Below are positions 1 to 20,800 of a DNA stretch of 64,000 bases, in pieces. The DNA lies in the NCBI GenBank assembly GCA_020137815.1, contig CM035350.1, positions 9,052,001 to 9,116,000 of the forward strand. The letters run 5' to 3'. Made by a program: the position numbers and the translations under genes. This stretch comes from Hormiphora californensis. Taxonomy: Eukaryota > Animalia > Ctenophora. Under the pieces are notes generated by a model, which saw only the letters and a program-made list of their open reading frames with translations, was not told the origin of the DNA and made no database searches. How positions within the stretch are numbered: the first letter of the stretch is position 1; every line of letters starts with the position of its first letter.

Positions 1-2853
1 GGGTATAGGACCCGGTGAAGGGTGGGGTGCTTCTCCAGGAGGTCCATTGTAATGGGGATCAGGGTGGAGAGGTCCGCATCGGAGGGGAGGTAGAGGGGCA
101 CCAGGAGGGATACCAGACGGGTCCGGTGCTGGGAACTACTACCCTCAACGAGAGAGAGGAGGTCCTCGGCAGGAACTAGATCCCAGAACTGCAGGAAATG
201 TGGTCGGTAAACATGTTGATTGATGCTATTTCTGAGAGAAATGAAGGAGGGCAGACAACTCGTAAACTCTAAACATTTCTAGATAACTCTAGAGTCTAGA
301 CAACTCTGGAAGGGATGTTGGTAAGTTTGTATCTCCCATACCTTCATTATGCGTGTTTGATGGAGTGTCTCCAGAAGGGACACCATGGCATGCCGGACAG
401 AGGAAGAGGGATGGTAGATATGGTTCTGTAACACCGGCATAACTTTCTTGAGAGCGGCATGACAGAGTGGGTTGTTTAGAAGCAGTTGGATACCCTGTGA
501 GAGGTGGGAGAATTAGAATTGGGGTAATTAAAGCACAGAGATAAGAAAAGGTAATACTATGGATCGTAGCAAAGGGAGGAGTAGAACTTGGAACGGTGTA
601 GTCGGGGGGGGGGGGTGTAGTCAGAGAATAGTATGCATGCACGAGAGAGAGAGGAAGAAGAAAGAACAAATCATGCAAATAGAGTAATGCTATACTGAGC
701 TAATTTGTTACCTAAAGGGAGGATGTACCCAGAGGTCGTGATTGCTCAATCTAAGGGTCCCGACGCGACGCGAGGAAACAAAGCGAACCAATTATTGTAC
801 CTGTAAAGCGGTGACGACAACTTCAGTGGAGGTCCGATCTAGAGGGATCTCCGTAGTGAGTGTGGTAAACAGGGCCATTAGATGGTGTGCTGGGATGAAC
901 TCCCAGAACTTGTCCAGTACTTTGGCAGTCCCCCGGACAGCACAAACCCTCACTGTCTCATCATTGTCCATCAGGAGACTCTGGAAAATAGAGGATAGAT
1001 AGTAGACTCAGGACTGAGGTAGTAGACTGAGAGCTAGATTTGAGATTGGTAGTGATACAACCATCTGGCAGTTCAAGTAATTTCCTACCTGTATCTTCCC
1101 ACACTGTACGTTTAGCGCCTCATCAAATTGTACAACAGGGCACTGGGGTCTGATCAGTGGAAAAACGTCCAGGAGGAGGGAGGCGGCACTTGCCCGAACA
1201 TGCCCGTTAGGGAGGTCCAGGGCCCGCCATAAGATCGGGTTGTAGATATCATACAGGGTGTTCTCAATTTGGTGATCCTTCTTGTGTTTGTGGAGTACTG
1301 ACAACACCTAAAGATATGTAAAGATTGAAGGGATCAATACGTGAGTCGTGTGGTTTTACTTGTTTTAGCATGGAGAAATTGAAAGTTCTGGAGAGACTGG
1401 AGAGAGGATGAGAGAAGAAAAGAAAGAGAGGGAGAGAAAAAAAAGAGGGAGGGAGAGAGGGGAAGTTACATAGTACAGAGAGACAGTGCGTGTTAAATCT
1501 ATTGGATGACACGCAATGTTGTGATGATCTCATCACTATGTAAGTATAATAATTATAGTAGGGGATACCGGGGGGGGGGGGGGTACCCGGTACATTGTAC
1601 TCATCACTAGACACTATGTATAACAGTAGGTACATTGTATACAGAGTGAGGGGGTAATGGGTATCTATCTAGGAAGGAATCACAGGAATATATCACCACA
1701 AACAGACACAGACACACATACGGATGCCGGAGGGGGTTGGTTGCCTCAATAGTATGTCTCACCTTCAGTACATCTCCAGCAGCCTTGTTAGGGCCTGTCC
1801 TATGGCAATACAAAGCACACTTCGCTAGGTCCTGTAGAACAGTACTGGTGTACTCAGCTGATAAATTACCAGCCAGCCCCACTGCTTTATAATACACCTC
1901 CCCGATCTTGGGGAGATAACGACTCCCAGGGATAACGCTCTTCAAGGCCGTGTGAGTGGACTTCATCAGCTCAGGAGTGGCAACCAACACATGGGCGAGA
2001 AACTCAACACCCTAATAGTAATGGGAGAGAGGGGGGGGACCGTTAAAACTGTAAGGATCTAATATAACAGAGAGGAAGGGAACAAACAAAGAGAGTGTTG
2101 TAACTTACATCTGCAAATTTGAGGGACTGTGGGTTAGTAGCAGCCAGTCCAACCAGTGAAGAAAGGGTATTACGAGATGGGCAATCGCTCGAACCAAGCT
2201 TTAAAGTTTCTTTGATTCCATTCAATCTCCTCATATCCTCTGCCTTGCCAACCGCAGAAGAAAACCGAGAAAGAAGGTAGAATGGAATATTCAGTGCAAC
2301 AATTCGCTTCTCTGGCAGGTCATTGCTCCACCATTCTTCCAGCAGGAGACAACACACATTTTGGACGTACATATTTTCTGCCGTAAACGACAGCAGATTA
2401 TCTGAAATAGAGAAATTATCAGAATTAGGCAGGCACGGTTTATTTGATTTAATAACTGTTTCCTGATCTGATAGTGAACCTCATACCGTGAATAAGTTTA
2501 ACAGATTCCACAAGAAGATCATGAGAAACACTACGTGTAACAACAGTCCGCATACAGCTCACAGCAGCAAACACTTTCTCCGAGTCGGCATTGACATCGA
2601 CACAGGCTTCTGTCAGCAATTTTGAGATATTTTGTGAGAACAGAGTAAAACGCTCCAAAGAAAAGCCTTCAATCTCCTCTCCAAGAGGATTTAGTGGAGT
2701 AGCAACCTAGAAAAATACAGTGTCAGAATTAAGAACGCTTTCAAATCCGAGAAACTGGCAAGAGTTCAGTCTACTTACAGCTGCTTTGACATAGTCAACG
2801 AAGGCTGCAGCTTCACCACAACAGTTAATCAGTATTTCTACTGGTTCAGCCAT
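1..2853 (-). CDS. NCAPG2: Condensin-2 complex subunit G2, multi-exon, 3' end outside the window
   Basis: ATG at 2853 with GT-AG exons. The exon peptide LYDIYNPILWRALDLPNGHVRASAASLLLDVFPL matches the conserved CAP-G2 motif; the downstream exon reads FWDLVP...RTRLVSLL. Confidence 0.85.
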
Positions 2854-3123
2854 CTTTATTTTACCGTCAGAACTAACATCAAGGCCTCGGGAGACAGCGA
2901 AAGTCGAAACTTTTCGGAGCTGTTTGAGAAGTTTTGATAAAATTTTGTTCCAAATTTTTACTCGAAATGTTGAATTGATCGCGCGCGCCGCGATTTTTAT
3001 GCGTTTAGCGACGCATGTTGCGCCGCGCACAAATCATGTTAATTCAAAGTTTTGTGGTTTTCAACTTTTGTTTTTTTGGTCAAAAAACAAAATTTCCTCG
3101 TTTTTCGTCGATTCAAAGCTTAA

Positions 3124-3252
3124 AGTGTAAGCGAAACAACAACGAACTGGCTGCGCGTCCCGCAACGTTGCGCATATGAATCTCTCCGGTGAGATCGTTA
3201 TGTGCAACGAATGCGCGACGCGCAGCCAGTTCGTTGTTGTTTCGCTTTCACT
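3124..3252. mobile_element. Small palindromic MITE, Kolobok-like (TTAA TSD, AG..CT termini)
   Basis: TTAA|AGTGTAAGCGAAACAACAACGAACTGGCTGCGCGTC ... GACGCGCAGCCAGTTCGTTGTTGTTTCGCTTTCACT|TTAA. Confidence 0.7.
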
Positions 3253-3651
3253 TTAACAAATAACAGTATCCCCTAAAAAGGTTCAAAGCCCTCCAGGAGA
3301 CTCATAACAGCATGGGAGAACAGCAACCAGTAGCAGGAGACTCCCCTGATACGAGAAGGGCATCAACAGGCTCCCCGCTCCAGAGTCCTGACTCCTGTGC
3401 TGAGCGCTTCATCGAATATTACCCTTTAAGATCACGCATGATATTGGAGAGTCTCCTGCTTGCTATTATTTTATGCAGCGGAGTGTGGTGAGTCTCCTCT
3501 GTGGACTGTTTCGCTTGGAGGGCTTGGGGAACTGAGGCTGAACTCTGAAGGCTCCTCCAGCAGCCTGGACTAGACGGTTGACATGTTTACGGGTTTCTGT
3601 TTTATCGATTTCGTTACTCAAATCCCATTTATTAATCTACCGGTTCCTAGG

Positions 3652-6600
3652 ATGATTCAAGGTCCAACTTCCCGATTTATATCCCATGATCCCATCAGTA
3701 ATTTACGGGTGAAAGTCCGCCTGAAAAGGATTACTTCGACCACAGTGTTTGGAGACATGGCAGAGACCTTCTCTAACCCTAACACGGGTAAGAGTTTGTT
3801 AGTCTTGAAACTTAGTTAGGTTGTAAGTTACAACTTGTAACCCCGTTTGTTTTATCAGGGGAGGAGGGAATTGAGATGACACAACGGGAGGAGGCCGGGG
3901 CAGTGGAGGAAGTTGAGATAGCCTGGCAGGAGAAATTGTTTAGTCAACGGGAAGTCATCCAGTTTGGCGATCTAACCAACTGTAGCACTGTCAGAGACAG
4001 GAAGTATCACGAGTAAGTATTCGCGGATCCCACTTGGCAGTGACCCCCGCACTCAATCTTGGTCGCGCACGGTGTCTATGTCACCAAGCATTTTCTGGGT
4101 TCTGTTTTAGTTATTTTGTGTCCAAGATCAGACATCTTTTGACATTCCTCAGGATGATAGTAGCCCAGAACGAATCGGAGGCCACACCGCCCAGCAGAAG
4201 GATATTTACCGTTATTGAGGAGGATGGGTGGGCGGAGAAAGAGAACACTGCACCCAGAACGGGGGCTCTTACCTACCTAGAAAACAAGATACTACAAGCC
4301 CGGCCAGCGGGCAGGAAACAGAACTACCTACCCCTGCAACATCCAATACAAGTTCCTAGTAACGACGCCGCTCGGAGATCAAACCATGTAAGTCTGCAAC
4401 ACATTTTCTACTCGAGCTAGTTGTGAAGATGAAGGGATTATGTAACCCAGTTCTGACATGAAAAATATGAGTTTTCACTTTCTCCTATCCCTGCAGATCC
4501 AGATGGTATCGACCCAGAAGATGCTAGTAATGGCGGATATCGGGCGTGCCCGGGGTCTCCCCCGACCTGAAGATGAAGTCACCCTGTGTACCATAACAAT
4601 GGACAGTAACCGTGTCCTCAGTGTGAGCCCCACATTCACCACCTGTGATGGGCCCCGGACAGTGGACAATAGTGACGGAGATGTATGGGAGTATAGCTTG
4701 GAGCATATCCAGGAGAAAGTCAGGTATTTAGTAGGAGCGCTTAGAGCATTTTGGCGGGAACTGATCTAAGCGCTCCTACTAATTATAGGAATACTGTTTA
4801 TTGTGTGTACCTCCCGTTATACTTCGAGCCATGTGTTGAGCAGCATTTCATTCCACAGTTAAAGTGAGAGTGGACCGAATCAGAATTTGATAAAATTGTT
4901 TTAGGTAGTAGAGATTAGCTTTCTGAGCATTTTGCGTTTTTGCCGCTCAAAATCGACCCACCCATCACTGAGATATCTTTGTTATGTTGGGAGAATTCCT
5001 GCTGGATCAATATTTATCAAACAGGATAGAAACAATCCTTGTGTTTTACTAACACATTCTTTAAATTTTGAATATGCTGGCTTGCATTGCCCTGCTTCTG
5101 TGCATGGACATGTCAACCTCACTGCTTATATTCAGAATGTGTTAGTTATAAAACACCACGATTTTTTCTTTTCTGTTTTATACATACTGATTAAACAGGA
5201 GTTCTCCCAACATAACAAAAATATCTCAGTGATGGGTGGGTCGATTTTGAGCGGCAAAAACGCAAAATGCTCAGAAAGCTAATCTCTACTACCTACAACA
5301 AACTTGTCTGATTCTGATTCGGTCCACTCTCACTTTAAGCAACAATCAATCACCTATTAAACCATTACCCCCACTATTTCAGTGAAGAGACAGAGCGAAG
5401 GGAACGAGAGGTATTGGATGAACTATTTTCCCGCCACGCCTCCCTACTCCACTCTATGGTGGGTGTTAGTTTTACCGAGGCTCCGGACGAAGGGGCAACA
5501 CGTGTACATGTGTTTGGGGAGATAGCCCGGTCCTGGGGGTTCGAGAGGGACAACTTGTTTCTCAGTTACAGTTTCGATCTACCAGTGGGATGGTGCGTGG
5601 AGGAGAGTGCAGCGATAAGAGGTGGGTGTGTAATGTCACAGCCTTGTTAGATATATTACGAGACAATTAATTTAGATAAAACAAGTTGGATGATAGTTAG
5701 TATCAACATAAATTCTTTCTGTACATAACTAAAACATATCTCATTTGTCTCAGGTACAACACAACGCAGTAAAATCCGGGAAACAAAATCTGGGAACATC
5801 TCCCACTACAATCATCCCTTCGAATTGTCTCTCTACCATAGTTCCGAGCACACGGAGGAGGAGGATCTGGGAAGTAGACCCCGGTTATTCCTCGAGGTAA
5901 AAAAGATATCTTTACTTTTCAACTCTCTCTCTATCTGGTTAAAAACTGTGTAAGAGTATCTAAATCTGGCCATGTAGAGATTACTAACATCCCCTTCTTT
6001 TCTGGTGGTTCCGTCCGGGGGTAGAGGGCAGGTCTGGTAGGGTAGGAGGTGGCTGGATAACAACTAGATACACCCACTCACTGTCACCATTCTTGGGGAT
6101 CACAAGCTCGATACTGGGGTCTGGGGATGTGTTGGGAGAGGTGGAGTTCTGTTCCTTGATGTAGGCAAACTTCACCTTTATCTCTTCACCCGCAAACCTG
6201 AGTGAAATAATGGTGTGTTAGGAACAAGCAAGCGAGAGAGATTTCGTCAACCGATGATATTATGCTAAAGACAGGTCAAATGGTGGGAAAATAGGGCGGG
6301 GAAAATAAGTGGTTACGTACCCAGGAGGGCAAAACTTGGCTGAAACAAATCCCTCTTCACCAATCATATTATAACAACAAGGACTAGTAACAAAAAGTAG
6401 AGACGATTGTAACGATTCTAACCTGTGCTTCCACTGAAATGGTGCTGAGAGAATATTCCCGAGTTTACCCATAATAATACTGCAAAGAGAGGGGTGATAC
6501 AAAAGAAGGTTTTGAGTACAAATTGTAATGCGAACTGAGTAGGGTTAGATCAGGAAGTGAGATGATGTGCTATAAATATGAGCCAGGCTGATAAGGGGTG

Positions 6601-7784
6601 AGAGGAAGTGGTCTCAATGTTAGAGAGAGAGATAGAGAGAGAGCATGATGATGATAAGTGATATCGGATCCGGTTATCTACTAATCATCTAATTTGACAA
6701 CTTGCTTGCGATGAGAAGGGGCACACATATCTTGAGACCACAGATAATAATACCTCCCATTCGATTCTGATTAGAAACCTGACACGATTCTTCATGCAAA
6801 TAGTGTTTCTGGGCGCAATAACACTACCCCACATTCCTAGGTGCGGAGTGTTGACTACTGGGAGAGAGTCCGACTGGAGGGATATGGGTATCTTACCCTT
6901 CCCCCATCACCTGGCTGCCAGACAATAAAGGTTGAAACATGGCGACCCGAGGGTCCTGATAATGCAACTCGACTGAGAAGAATGTTTATTGGAGGGACGG
7001 CTGAGTTGAGTGATGTGAGATATACACATGTGCCCAGCAACTACCACACTCACCCAGGTAGGAGACTCTCTTGGTGGTGGGGGTCACAAAATAAACGGGT
7101 TTAGAGAGACTTGGGTCAAAAAAAGTAATGGTTCTTTTGAGACAGCTTTGATTGAATGATTTTCCAGATTCTGTCGCAATTGACCCATTGTGCTCACTTG
7201 ACTAACAACGACTTTGTTTCAGATCAGAAGACACTGCTGGGAAAGTTTGGATTCAGAACGGTCAGTAGTGGGACTGTGGAGGTGAAGTTGAACACAGTCC
7301 ACCAAACTATGCCGTGTTATGTTGAGGATGAAATGAGGTTCAAGAGGGTCGCACTCAAGGTAAGAAGGAGAGGGAGATAGACTTAAGCATAGAGGTGAAG
7401 ATAGAGGTGGAGAGAGAGCGCGCGATAAATAGATATGAGTAGTTGACGCGGTTGACGTTTCATAATGACGTTTTCACAAGCAATACTTCAATGGGTCGGT
7501 AAAGAGACGTGTGTACAATGAATACTCTGCTCAGAAGAGATATCTTTATTCAAGTAATATCCCTTCCCCAATATCACACCTTCCTTCTCCAACAGGACAA
7601 ATACGGTAGACCGGGTGTACAGCTGGGTCTCCTGGAGGCAATTGAAACGTTTTACAAAGCCCGCAAGAGATTGGAGAACGTACGGACATCACTTCAGCCC
7701 TCTCTCTCGCGGTTAGCTCGGAATGTTGCTACAGAGCAGTCAATCATCAAGAAGTGGAGCAAGATAACTTTTGATGATAAATGA
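3652..7784 (+). CDS. MKS1: Meckel syndrome type 1 B9-domain ciliary transition-zone protein, multi-exon
   Basis: N-terminal SHDPISNLRVKVRLKRITS, EIAWQEKLFSQ, and B9 domain VHVFGEI...SVDYWERVRLEGYGYLTLPPSPGCQTIKVETWRP...RRMFIGG, then GFRTVSSGTVEVKLN; stop at 7784. Confidence 0.9.
4729..4781. mobile_element. 53-bp miniature TIR element (TAG..CTA termini, 3-bp TSD ATT), Academ-like
   Basis: ATT|TAGTAGGAGCGCTTAGA...TCTAAGCGCTCCTACTA|ATT inside an MKS1 intron. Confidence 0.6.
4863..5334. mobile_element. MITE with ~115-bp TIRs and TTAA TSD, Kolobok-like
   Basis: TTAA|AGTGAGAGTGGACCGAATCAGAAT ... ATTCTGATTCGGTCCACTCTCACT|TTAA. Confidence 0.8.
5984..6472 (-). CDS. Two-exon 121-aa gene of unknown function nested antisense in an MKS1 intron
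   Basis: Exon 6472-6321 (ATG...CCTGG|GTACGT) splices in frame to exon 6197-5984 (CTCAG|GTTTGCG...): MGKLGNILSAPF...CPPG/FAGEEIKVKFAY...KRRGC*. Confidence 0.5.
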
Positions 7785-8120
7785 ACAATAGAATCAGAGA
7801 GTAGCTATATCAAACCTATAAATTGATGACTGGGAGCCGTGTTTTTGTACAGTTTGACGGATGACTAATATTTATTGTTTTGCATGCTTTTTTGTTCTTA
7901 TCATGTACACACATTTTTACAAAAAAAGAGTTTTTCCTAATCTACTGAAACCTATTCTAATGATAGACCACCATGCCCCCACCCCCTTTGCCCCATTCCT
8001 ACATGCAACAACCTGATCCAATAGTACAATACGATCTTTTTACCCAACGGTCACCAGTATTCCCCCATTCGTCCACTTTTACCCACTCCTAATTTTACCT
8101 GACACAGCTCCAGTATAGAT

Positions 8121-14126
<6,006 letters not shown>

Positions 14127-17100
14127 GAACACGCGGAAGTTCGGACTGTGTATTTATTGAGAGACTATGTGAATTATTGCTCCATTTTTTGTCAGAATCA
14201 TATTTTTTGTTTGTGGTTGAAGCGGGTGTGTGTGTGTGTGCGTAGATCGAATAAAAGAAAACAAGCCTATACTTTAGTTTCGCCTTCCTTAATTACTCCC
14301 CTAGTTTGTGTTTCGCCTAGCTTAGCAGGGTGTCGACTAACTCATGTCATAACAGAAGTTATCTATTTAGATATGACATGTCATAATATGTATCTGTGTT
14401 TGTTAGTCCTAGGTGTGAGAATTGCCCCCAAAATATGTAGGTTATGTTCGTGAGATGATGTGTATTTTTGTTTTCTCCTAAACTGATCTGTACAAAGTGA
14501 TTTACAATTGTGATTCTTCATTCTCTTTTCGCACAATGTCCCCCAGTTGTGCACAATCGGTATTTGACGAGTTTTAATTCTCTCCTTGAACTGCATGCTA
14601 GTATGTGTACTAGTATCTCTAAAATTCCGTTGTGTGTAGCTGGTTTCAACAGCTCAGTCAACTACCAATATCTCAATCACCGTGTTTCTGTGGCGGTTTG
14701 TTGAGTAACTCAACAAGTGGCGGATGTAGTCCTTGTTTCTCTATTTGTCACATCTGTGTGTTATTATTGTCCTATAATAATGTGCTCGAACTGATAAGAG
14801 TGTGCCGTGTTATACCCCCCTCCGTTATAACTGATGTCATGCATAATATTCTCATATTACGAATATATCATTGGGAACTAGTCGAGTCGAGAGAGGGAGA
14901 TTAAAAATGTGAGTAACAGAGTAAGGGTAAGTAGCAAAAACGGAGAAAGGTACGGACCAATTTCAATGTTGGAGAAAGAAGAGAGGAATTTAGAAAGTGG
15001 AAGCCCGGCCGCAGAATATAGATCTGGCCTCTGCTAAAAGTTAGTTCTCATCGGAATTCGTACTGGCATAATAAATGATTATCAATTTTCCGGTCGATTC
15101 CCGTCCGATAATTCAGTAATGTAGCTAAGAGACAGTAATCCTCTGGGAAGAGATTGAGATAGATTGATATATATGTCTATCTGTACAGACTCTAATAATA
15201 AAGAGATATCAAGATATTTAGCTGCTGGAATCTTGATGAAAGGTCTGGCAAAGAAATTGTGAAAGGGAGAGCATGTTCTTTTGAGAGAGGCTTGAAAAAC
15301 TAGGATAGCGAGAGAGAGCGCTCAGAGTCCTTTACACTAAAGTGTAGATAGCTGCAGCACACAGACAGTCCATAATCTCTGCTTGTTTGTCTGATGCACT
15401 AATGTACCGTTAGGTCTCTACTTTAGTAGGCAACTCAATTTAAGATTAAACTTTAATCTTAATTAAACTTTAATCTTAATTTGAGTTGCCTAATAGCAAT
15501 GCAACCCATTTAGAGTTATCTGCATTCTGCTCAATTAGTTTATTCGGTCCATCCTGAAACATGTCCACATGCTCCTAGATGGGCGGTGTAAACCCATTGA
15601 TTTCTGTTTGTAGCTGAATGTTTGGGGTGTTATTCTGGATAATCTTAATGCTGTTTTGCTCTCACTTGGATAATTCTGTATAAATTATATCGATCCAGCA
15701 TAGCAAAAATAGCTGACCTACTCTCCTGGCAGACTGCCCGCTACTGTTTCTTCATTGCTATCATTTTGTAGCAGATCCTTCCTCGTTTAGTTATCTCTTC
15801 TTTCTAATTCCTTCCTCTCTGCTTTCCGTCACGTTTGCACACGACTATAAGTGAGCTACTTATGCATTTAAATAACACTTGCAATTAAACTTATCATTAA
15901 TGAAACACGCTGTACAATGTTCTCTCTCTCTCCTTCTCAGTTCTCACTGTGTCCATCCAATTTCCCTGTTGTATGGCAGGACCATGATAGTGTGATAATC
16001 TCTCGTGTCACGAAACTGATATTGATAATGATATCACTTATAGGATTCATTTTACGATAAAAGTAATTAGTGAAGTTCCTCCACGCGGCATCCGGAAATC
16101 CTGATTTTACTGATACAGCTAGGAACTTTGTTGTTGTTATTATGGAAGGTTGGGAGTCGTATTGGCCATTGTCCCAACTCGGGACAATGCTTGTAGACAG
16201 TAACAGCTGCCAATGCTCGACAGCAGTAATGGTAATGGTAATGAAGTCACGAAAACAATCTAGTTTGTTGTCTGCCGTTTGTAACACTTTTCTATCTTCC
16301 GTTTCCGCATTCAAACTGGCCTCGTTTGTAAGGCAAGGCCTCGTGACGTTTTGTCACCACGTTCGCACAGTGTGTAGTACTGTTGTGGGACATGGTACAT
16401 AAACAAGCTGTGTGTTATAATTCTACCAGCAGTTTATTTCATGTTTTTGCATTTTTCCTGGCACTATGCCGTTAAGTTTTAACTCGCCCTATCCCTGCCC
16501 CTAATTAATATTCTAACCTACCCTGCCCCTAATTAATATTCGATTCGGTAATTATCCCTGACGTAGTACCACACACAACTACCGACTAGACTCTTGTTTA
16601 CAGAGGTGGGGGAATTAGGGAAACCTCCGGTTCTCCCCCTCCTCCCACAGTACAGTACCTTTAGTCACACCACCAGGCCATGTTATTAACGAATTATTTA
16701 TTATCCGTGTCCGTATATTCTTTAGACGGGGGGTTTGGAATGTGTGGTCATGCCAACTAGACAGACAGCGTAATTACATAGTTTTACTAAATGCACCGCC
16801 ACCAAGGTACCGAGAAACTGAGCTTCCTGTTCATTTGACAAGTAAATAATAGGGATGGTATAATTTGCGATACTCCGCATCTATCCATTCAGATTTTCTG
16901 CAATTGAATCAGAATCAAGTCTCATAACAGTCTATAATATTAAATATTTCTTTAGACAATCCTTTCCAATGATTAGTTTACATATATAATAAATTTTCTA
17001 ATCGTTCACATATTTTATTGCGATCATATCAACGGTAGATCATTCGCATTTAATGATTAACGGACAGCCCTCGACGGTCTCCATCCAGCATTCATTCAAC

Positions 17101-17847
17101 TAACAACATAGCTCAGAGTCCTGAATCTCTTATATAATAGAGTTGTTGCAGAATATACCGCACGAGCTAGTTGCATAAAATAATAAAGTTGTTGAATGTC
17201 ACTATTCCCCCTTCTTCTGTGCTCTTTGCGGGCTGCAGCAGTCTTACTTAACAGCATTACTGGACAGATCTCTCTCCCTCTCCCCCTCTCTTTCACTGAT
17301 CACTATCGCACATTCTAGTTGTTCAAGCTAGTGCAGCAGCTTTAGTGGTCCTGACCCCTCTCCCACATAATCTGCAGAAATTCCATGAAAACATATTTTG
17401 CTTGACTCTGTATCACCAACTATGTTGCTCCTTCGTTCCGACACGCCTATAAATTGTAAAACCTCTCTCTTTATCTCATTATTATGCCCATTACTGCGTT
17501 TCCTACCACTGTGGCCTAATTCTCACAGTTGTATATGCTGACGTGTTTGATTTGCAATGTAATTGACACGAAACTGACCGCAGTGACAGAACGTACTGGT
17601 CGATGGCCTCATAGCATATGTCAAACAGTACATAGTTGAACGAGGGAGGGTGGTGAAAATAATTGTCTATAATAGTGATAGGTTAATTTATCGGTAAGCA
17701 TTTTACGATCCTTCATTCAAGATTGAAATATTCTAGTTTCAGCCTGAAAATCCCCTTTAATTTGCACCTTTGCAGTTTACCAATACCAGCATACCGATAT
17801 ATAATTCATATTATAAACCCTGTGTTTTTTGTTTCCCAGGTCTTCGG

Positions 17848-20800
17848 ATGAAGACACTATTGTTAGTGGTTTTAGTAGCGATCCTAAAACCAGCAAAGTC
17901 GTACACTGGATTTGTAACTGCCAGAAACAACCTCCGTCCTAACGGCTTCTGGGGCTATCAGGTAGATTTGATCGTGTAAATCTGTTAGCAGTTAACTTTT
18001 AGTCTGCTACATGTCAAACAGTGTCAGACTGTGTGTCAGGTGAACAATGACCACTGAATCATACTAGTGGTTAGTAATAGCTCAGTATTTACCATGATCT
18101 CCCCTCTCTCCAGAACGGAGTTGCAGACTGCAATTTTGCGAATAGCGGCTGGTCTGAATGGTACCCCCGAACATGTAGCTCCTGTTCTCAGACTAGGTTC
18201 AGGTAAGAACACACGTCTCTTAAAGTTAAACTAGATTCACAAAAAACTCTTTCGAAACTGGGCCGAAGGATTTTTTCCCTTCCTGCAGCTCTCGATTTAG
18301 TGAGGTTTAAATCTGCCTATAGCTGCAGTCGTATCTATTACTTCCTTTAGCCTTAGAATAGGGTAACTTGAATCCCTTTTTCTTTCACCGCAACACATTT
18401 TTCCGATATAATATTCGGGATAATTTAATGATATATGGGGGCCCATCGCCTGGTACATAATATATTATCCCATTCAGATATTGCAAGGGGGTGAGGATAG
18501 GATGCGGGGAGTGGTACTGCTTGGGTAGTAAGGTGGAAACGTGCGGGGCACGGTGTCCTGACCTCCAGCCCCTGGATCCCCGTGTTAGGGTATCGGACAC
18601 GAGGACAGAGTGTGGAACACAGGTCGACTTCTCGTGTCCCAAGTGTTTCCAAGCCCTGCCAGAGGACAGCACCACGGCAGAGTGTCTGTTCAATGGCACA
18701 TGGACTTCACAACCACCCAGATGTTCTCATGTAACGTGTAAAGCACCTGATACACCTCAAAACGGGTAAGTGGGATATTTTGTGATTTAGATTCGTTGGA
18801 AATTGATTTTCAGCGAATGTTTTTTGTAAAACGTTGAAAAACAGGAGCACGTCACACACAAACACAATATTTAATTGGCTGTCTCCCTCTAACCTGCTCC
18901 CCTCCCTATACAGGTATGCCACCTGGGGCAGCAACTGTCACGATAGAGCCACCTTCAAGTGCTACATGGGATACGAACTTATAGGTAATAAGGGCAGTTA
19001 TAGGTGTCAATTAATCAACTTGTGGGCCTTTACCATCTAATTTTAATCTAGTCTACAGTTATAGCAAAAATCAATTTGGCGATCTGTCTTTCATTCAGTG
19101 ATTATTGGGTTGCTATCCAATACGTTTGCAGACTTCATGTTCCATGTTGGTACTAGTCCTTTAAATCCTTCTGTATTTAACAGTAACACACTTCACAGAC
19201 TTGGTCACGCAGTCACCCCTCCACTACAGCTGTGCGAAGTGTGACAAACGAAGCCCAGGGAGGGATGGCATCACCAATTCACAGACTAGTATCCCCATTA
19301 TCAGACAGGATGTACTCTCTAAACCCAGGAGGTTCCTCATCCTGTTCCTCCCACCATTCCTTCCCCACGGACTCCTTCTCATGCAGAGCAGCCTTGGTAT
19401 AGATAGAGCTGGTTCCACTGGGCTGGACTCTCGTTATCCCCTTTGAATCAATCATAACGTCATCAGCATAGGAGGAAGCCCTTTTGTCCTCCATCCGCAT
19501 GTAGTTATCAAAGGGCTCTCCTGCATCCTGCGAGTTGAGTTTCATGTAGTTGTCCTCGGAGTAGGAGGGAGCGATGGGAGGGAGGTCTTCCTCTTCTTCT
19601 TTCTTTTCCCCAATTTGATCGTACAAATCCTCCTCCTCCTCTTTATCTGCTGTGGTGGTGGAGGATGTTGAGGGAGGTTTAGGTGGTGGACCAGAGGGAG
19701 GAGAACCACAGGTAGCCTCAACCAACCCCTCAGGGTAGATGTACTGCTGACTAATCTTCTGCCGAGGGAAGAGACCGGGTTTGTTGTATCTCTTCCACCT
19801 CTCCTGGAATGTCCCTGTCTCAGACTCACTCTGGTAGTACTGCCACGCCAGGAATCCCAGGCCAACAACCAGATGGAATGCACCTAACCCCAGTAAAGTG
19901 TACAGATATGTACTTTCCGTTTGAGTGGTTCTCACAGACTTCTGTGTTCTTGGCACACCGGTCTGTATGCAGAGTGTTCCAGTTGAATCAACAACACTGT
20001 CCAGTGTATTGCATTCCGTGCACTGTAATGCTCCTTCAGTGACAGAGAAAGATCCGTGGGGGCAGGCCTCACAAACCCCAGTATTGTTGTTGAGATAACG
20101 ACCAGGTTGGCACAAATGACATTCCCCGTCATCCCCCAACTCCCTTCCCTCGGTACAGGTCTTCAGAACACATCCAGGTTCACTAGGCTCCCACTCACCC
20201 TCCCACGTGCAGTTAACATGGTTCAGGACAGGTTGGTATCTAGCATCACTACACGTCGCCTCCACTCTACTCAGCGTAGGGATAGCAGCCCATGATGAAC
20301 CGGAGAGAAGAGTTGACGCTGGTTTAGGACAGAAACTTTTCGTTGAGTACATGTAGCTCACCTGTCCAACTAGGTTGGTTCGACGACTTGCCTTTGTCGT
20401 AAGTTGAACGGATAGCGAGACACTACTCTGAAGGCTAGACGAGCAGGACAGATCAGTCCTGATCAGAGAATCTTGGGTGTCGTACAGAACCAAGTCGGTA
20501 TTTCTAGTTAGGACAAAGGAAGACCCTGTGTAGGGTTGGCTAGTAGTTCCACAGGGAGTTTGCAATTGAAACTCAGTGGATGTCACGGACAGTGTGATGG
20601 TCCCTTCTCCACTTTCCTCCGATAGGACAACTTCGAGAGTATCATCCGTGGCATCCCGACTCCACTTTATCTCGAAGTCGTCCTCTTGAAAGTTTAGAGT
20701 TGGAAGCGTTGTCGTTACCTCCAAATCCTGACTAACTGCCAGAACTTCGACCCAATCGCCGTCATCAGTTGTTACCCTAGTGCTACATGCGTACCTGTTC

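Noticed and set aside
14150-17700. Short ORFs in the WDR54-sushi intergenic region, and a 68-bp hairpin at ~15425-15492
   Set aside because: No recognisable domain or consistent exon chain; the hairpin lacks a clear TSD.
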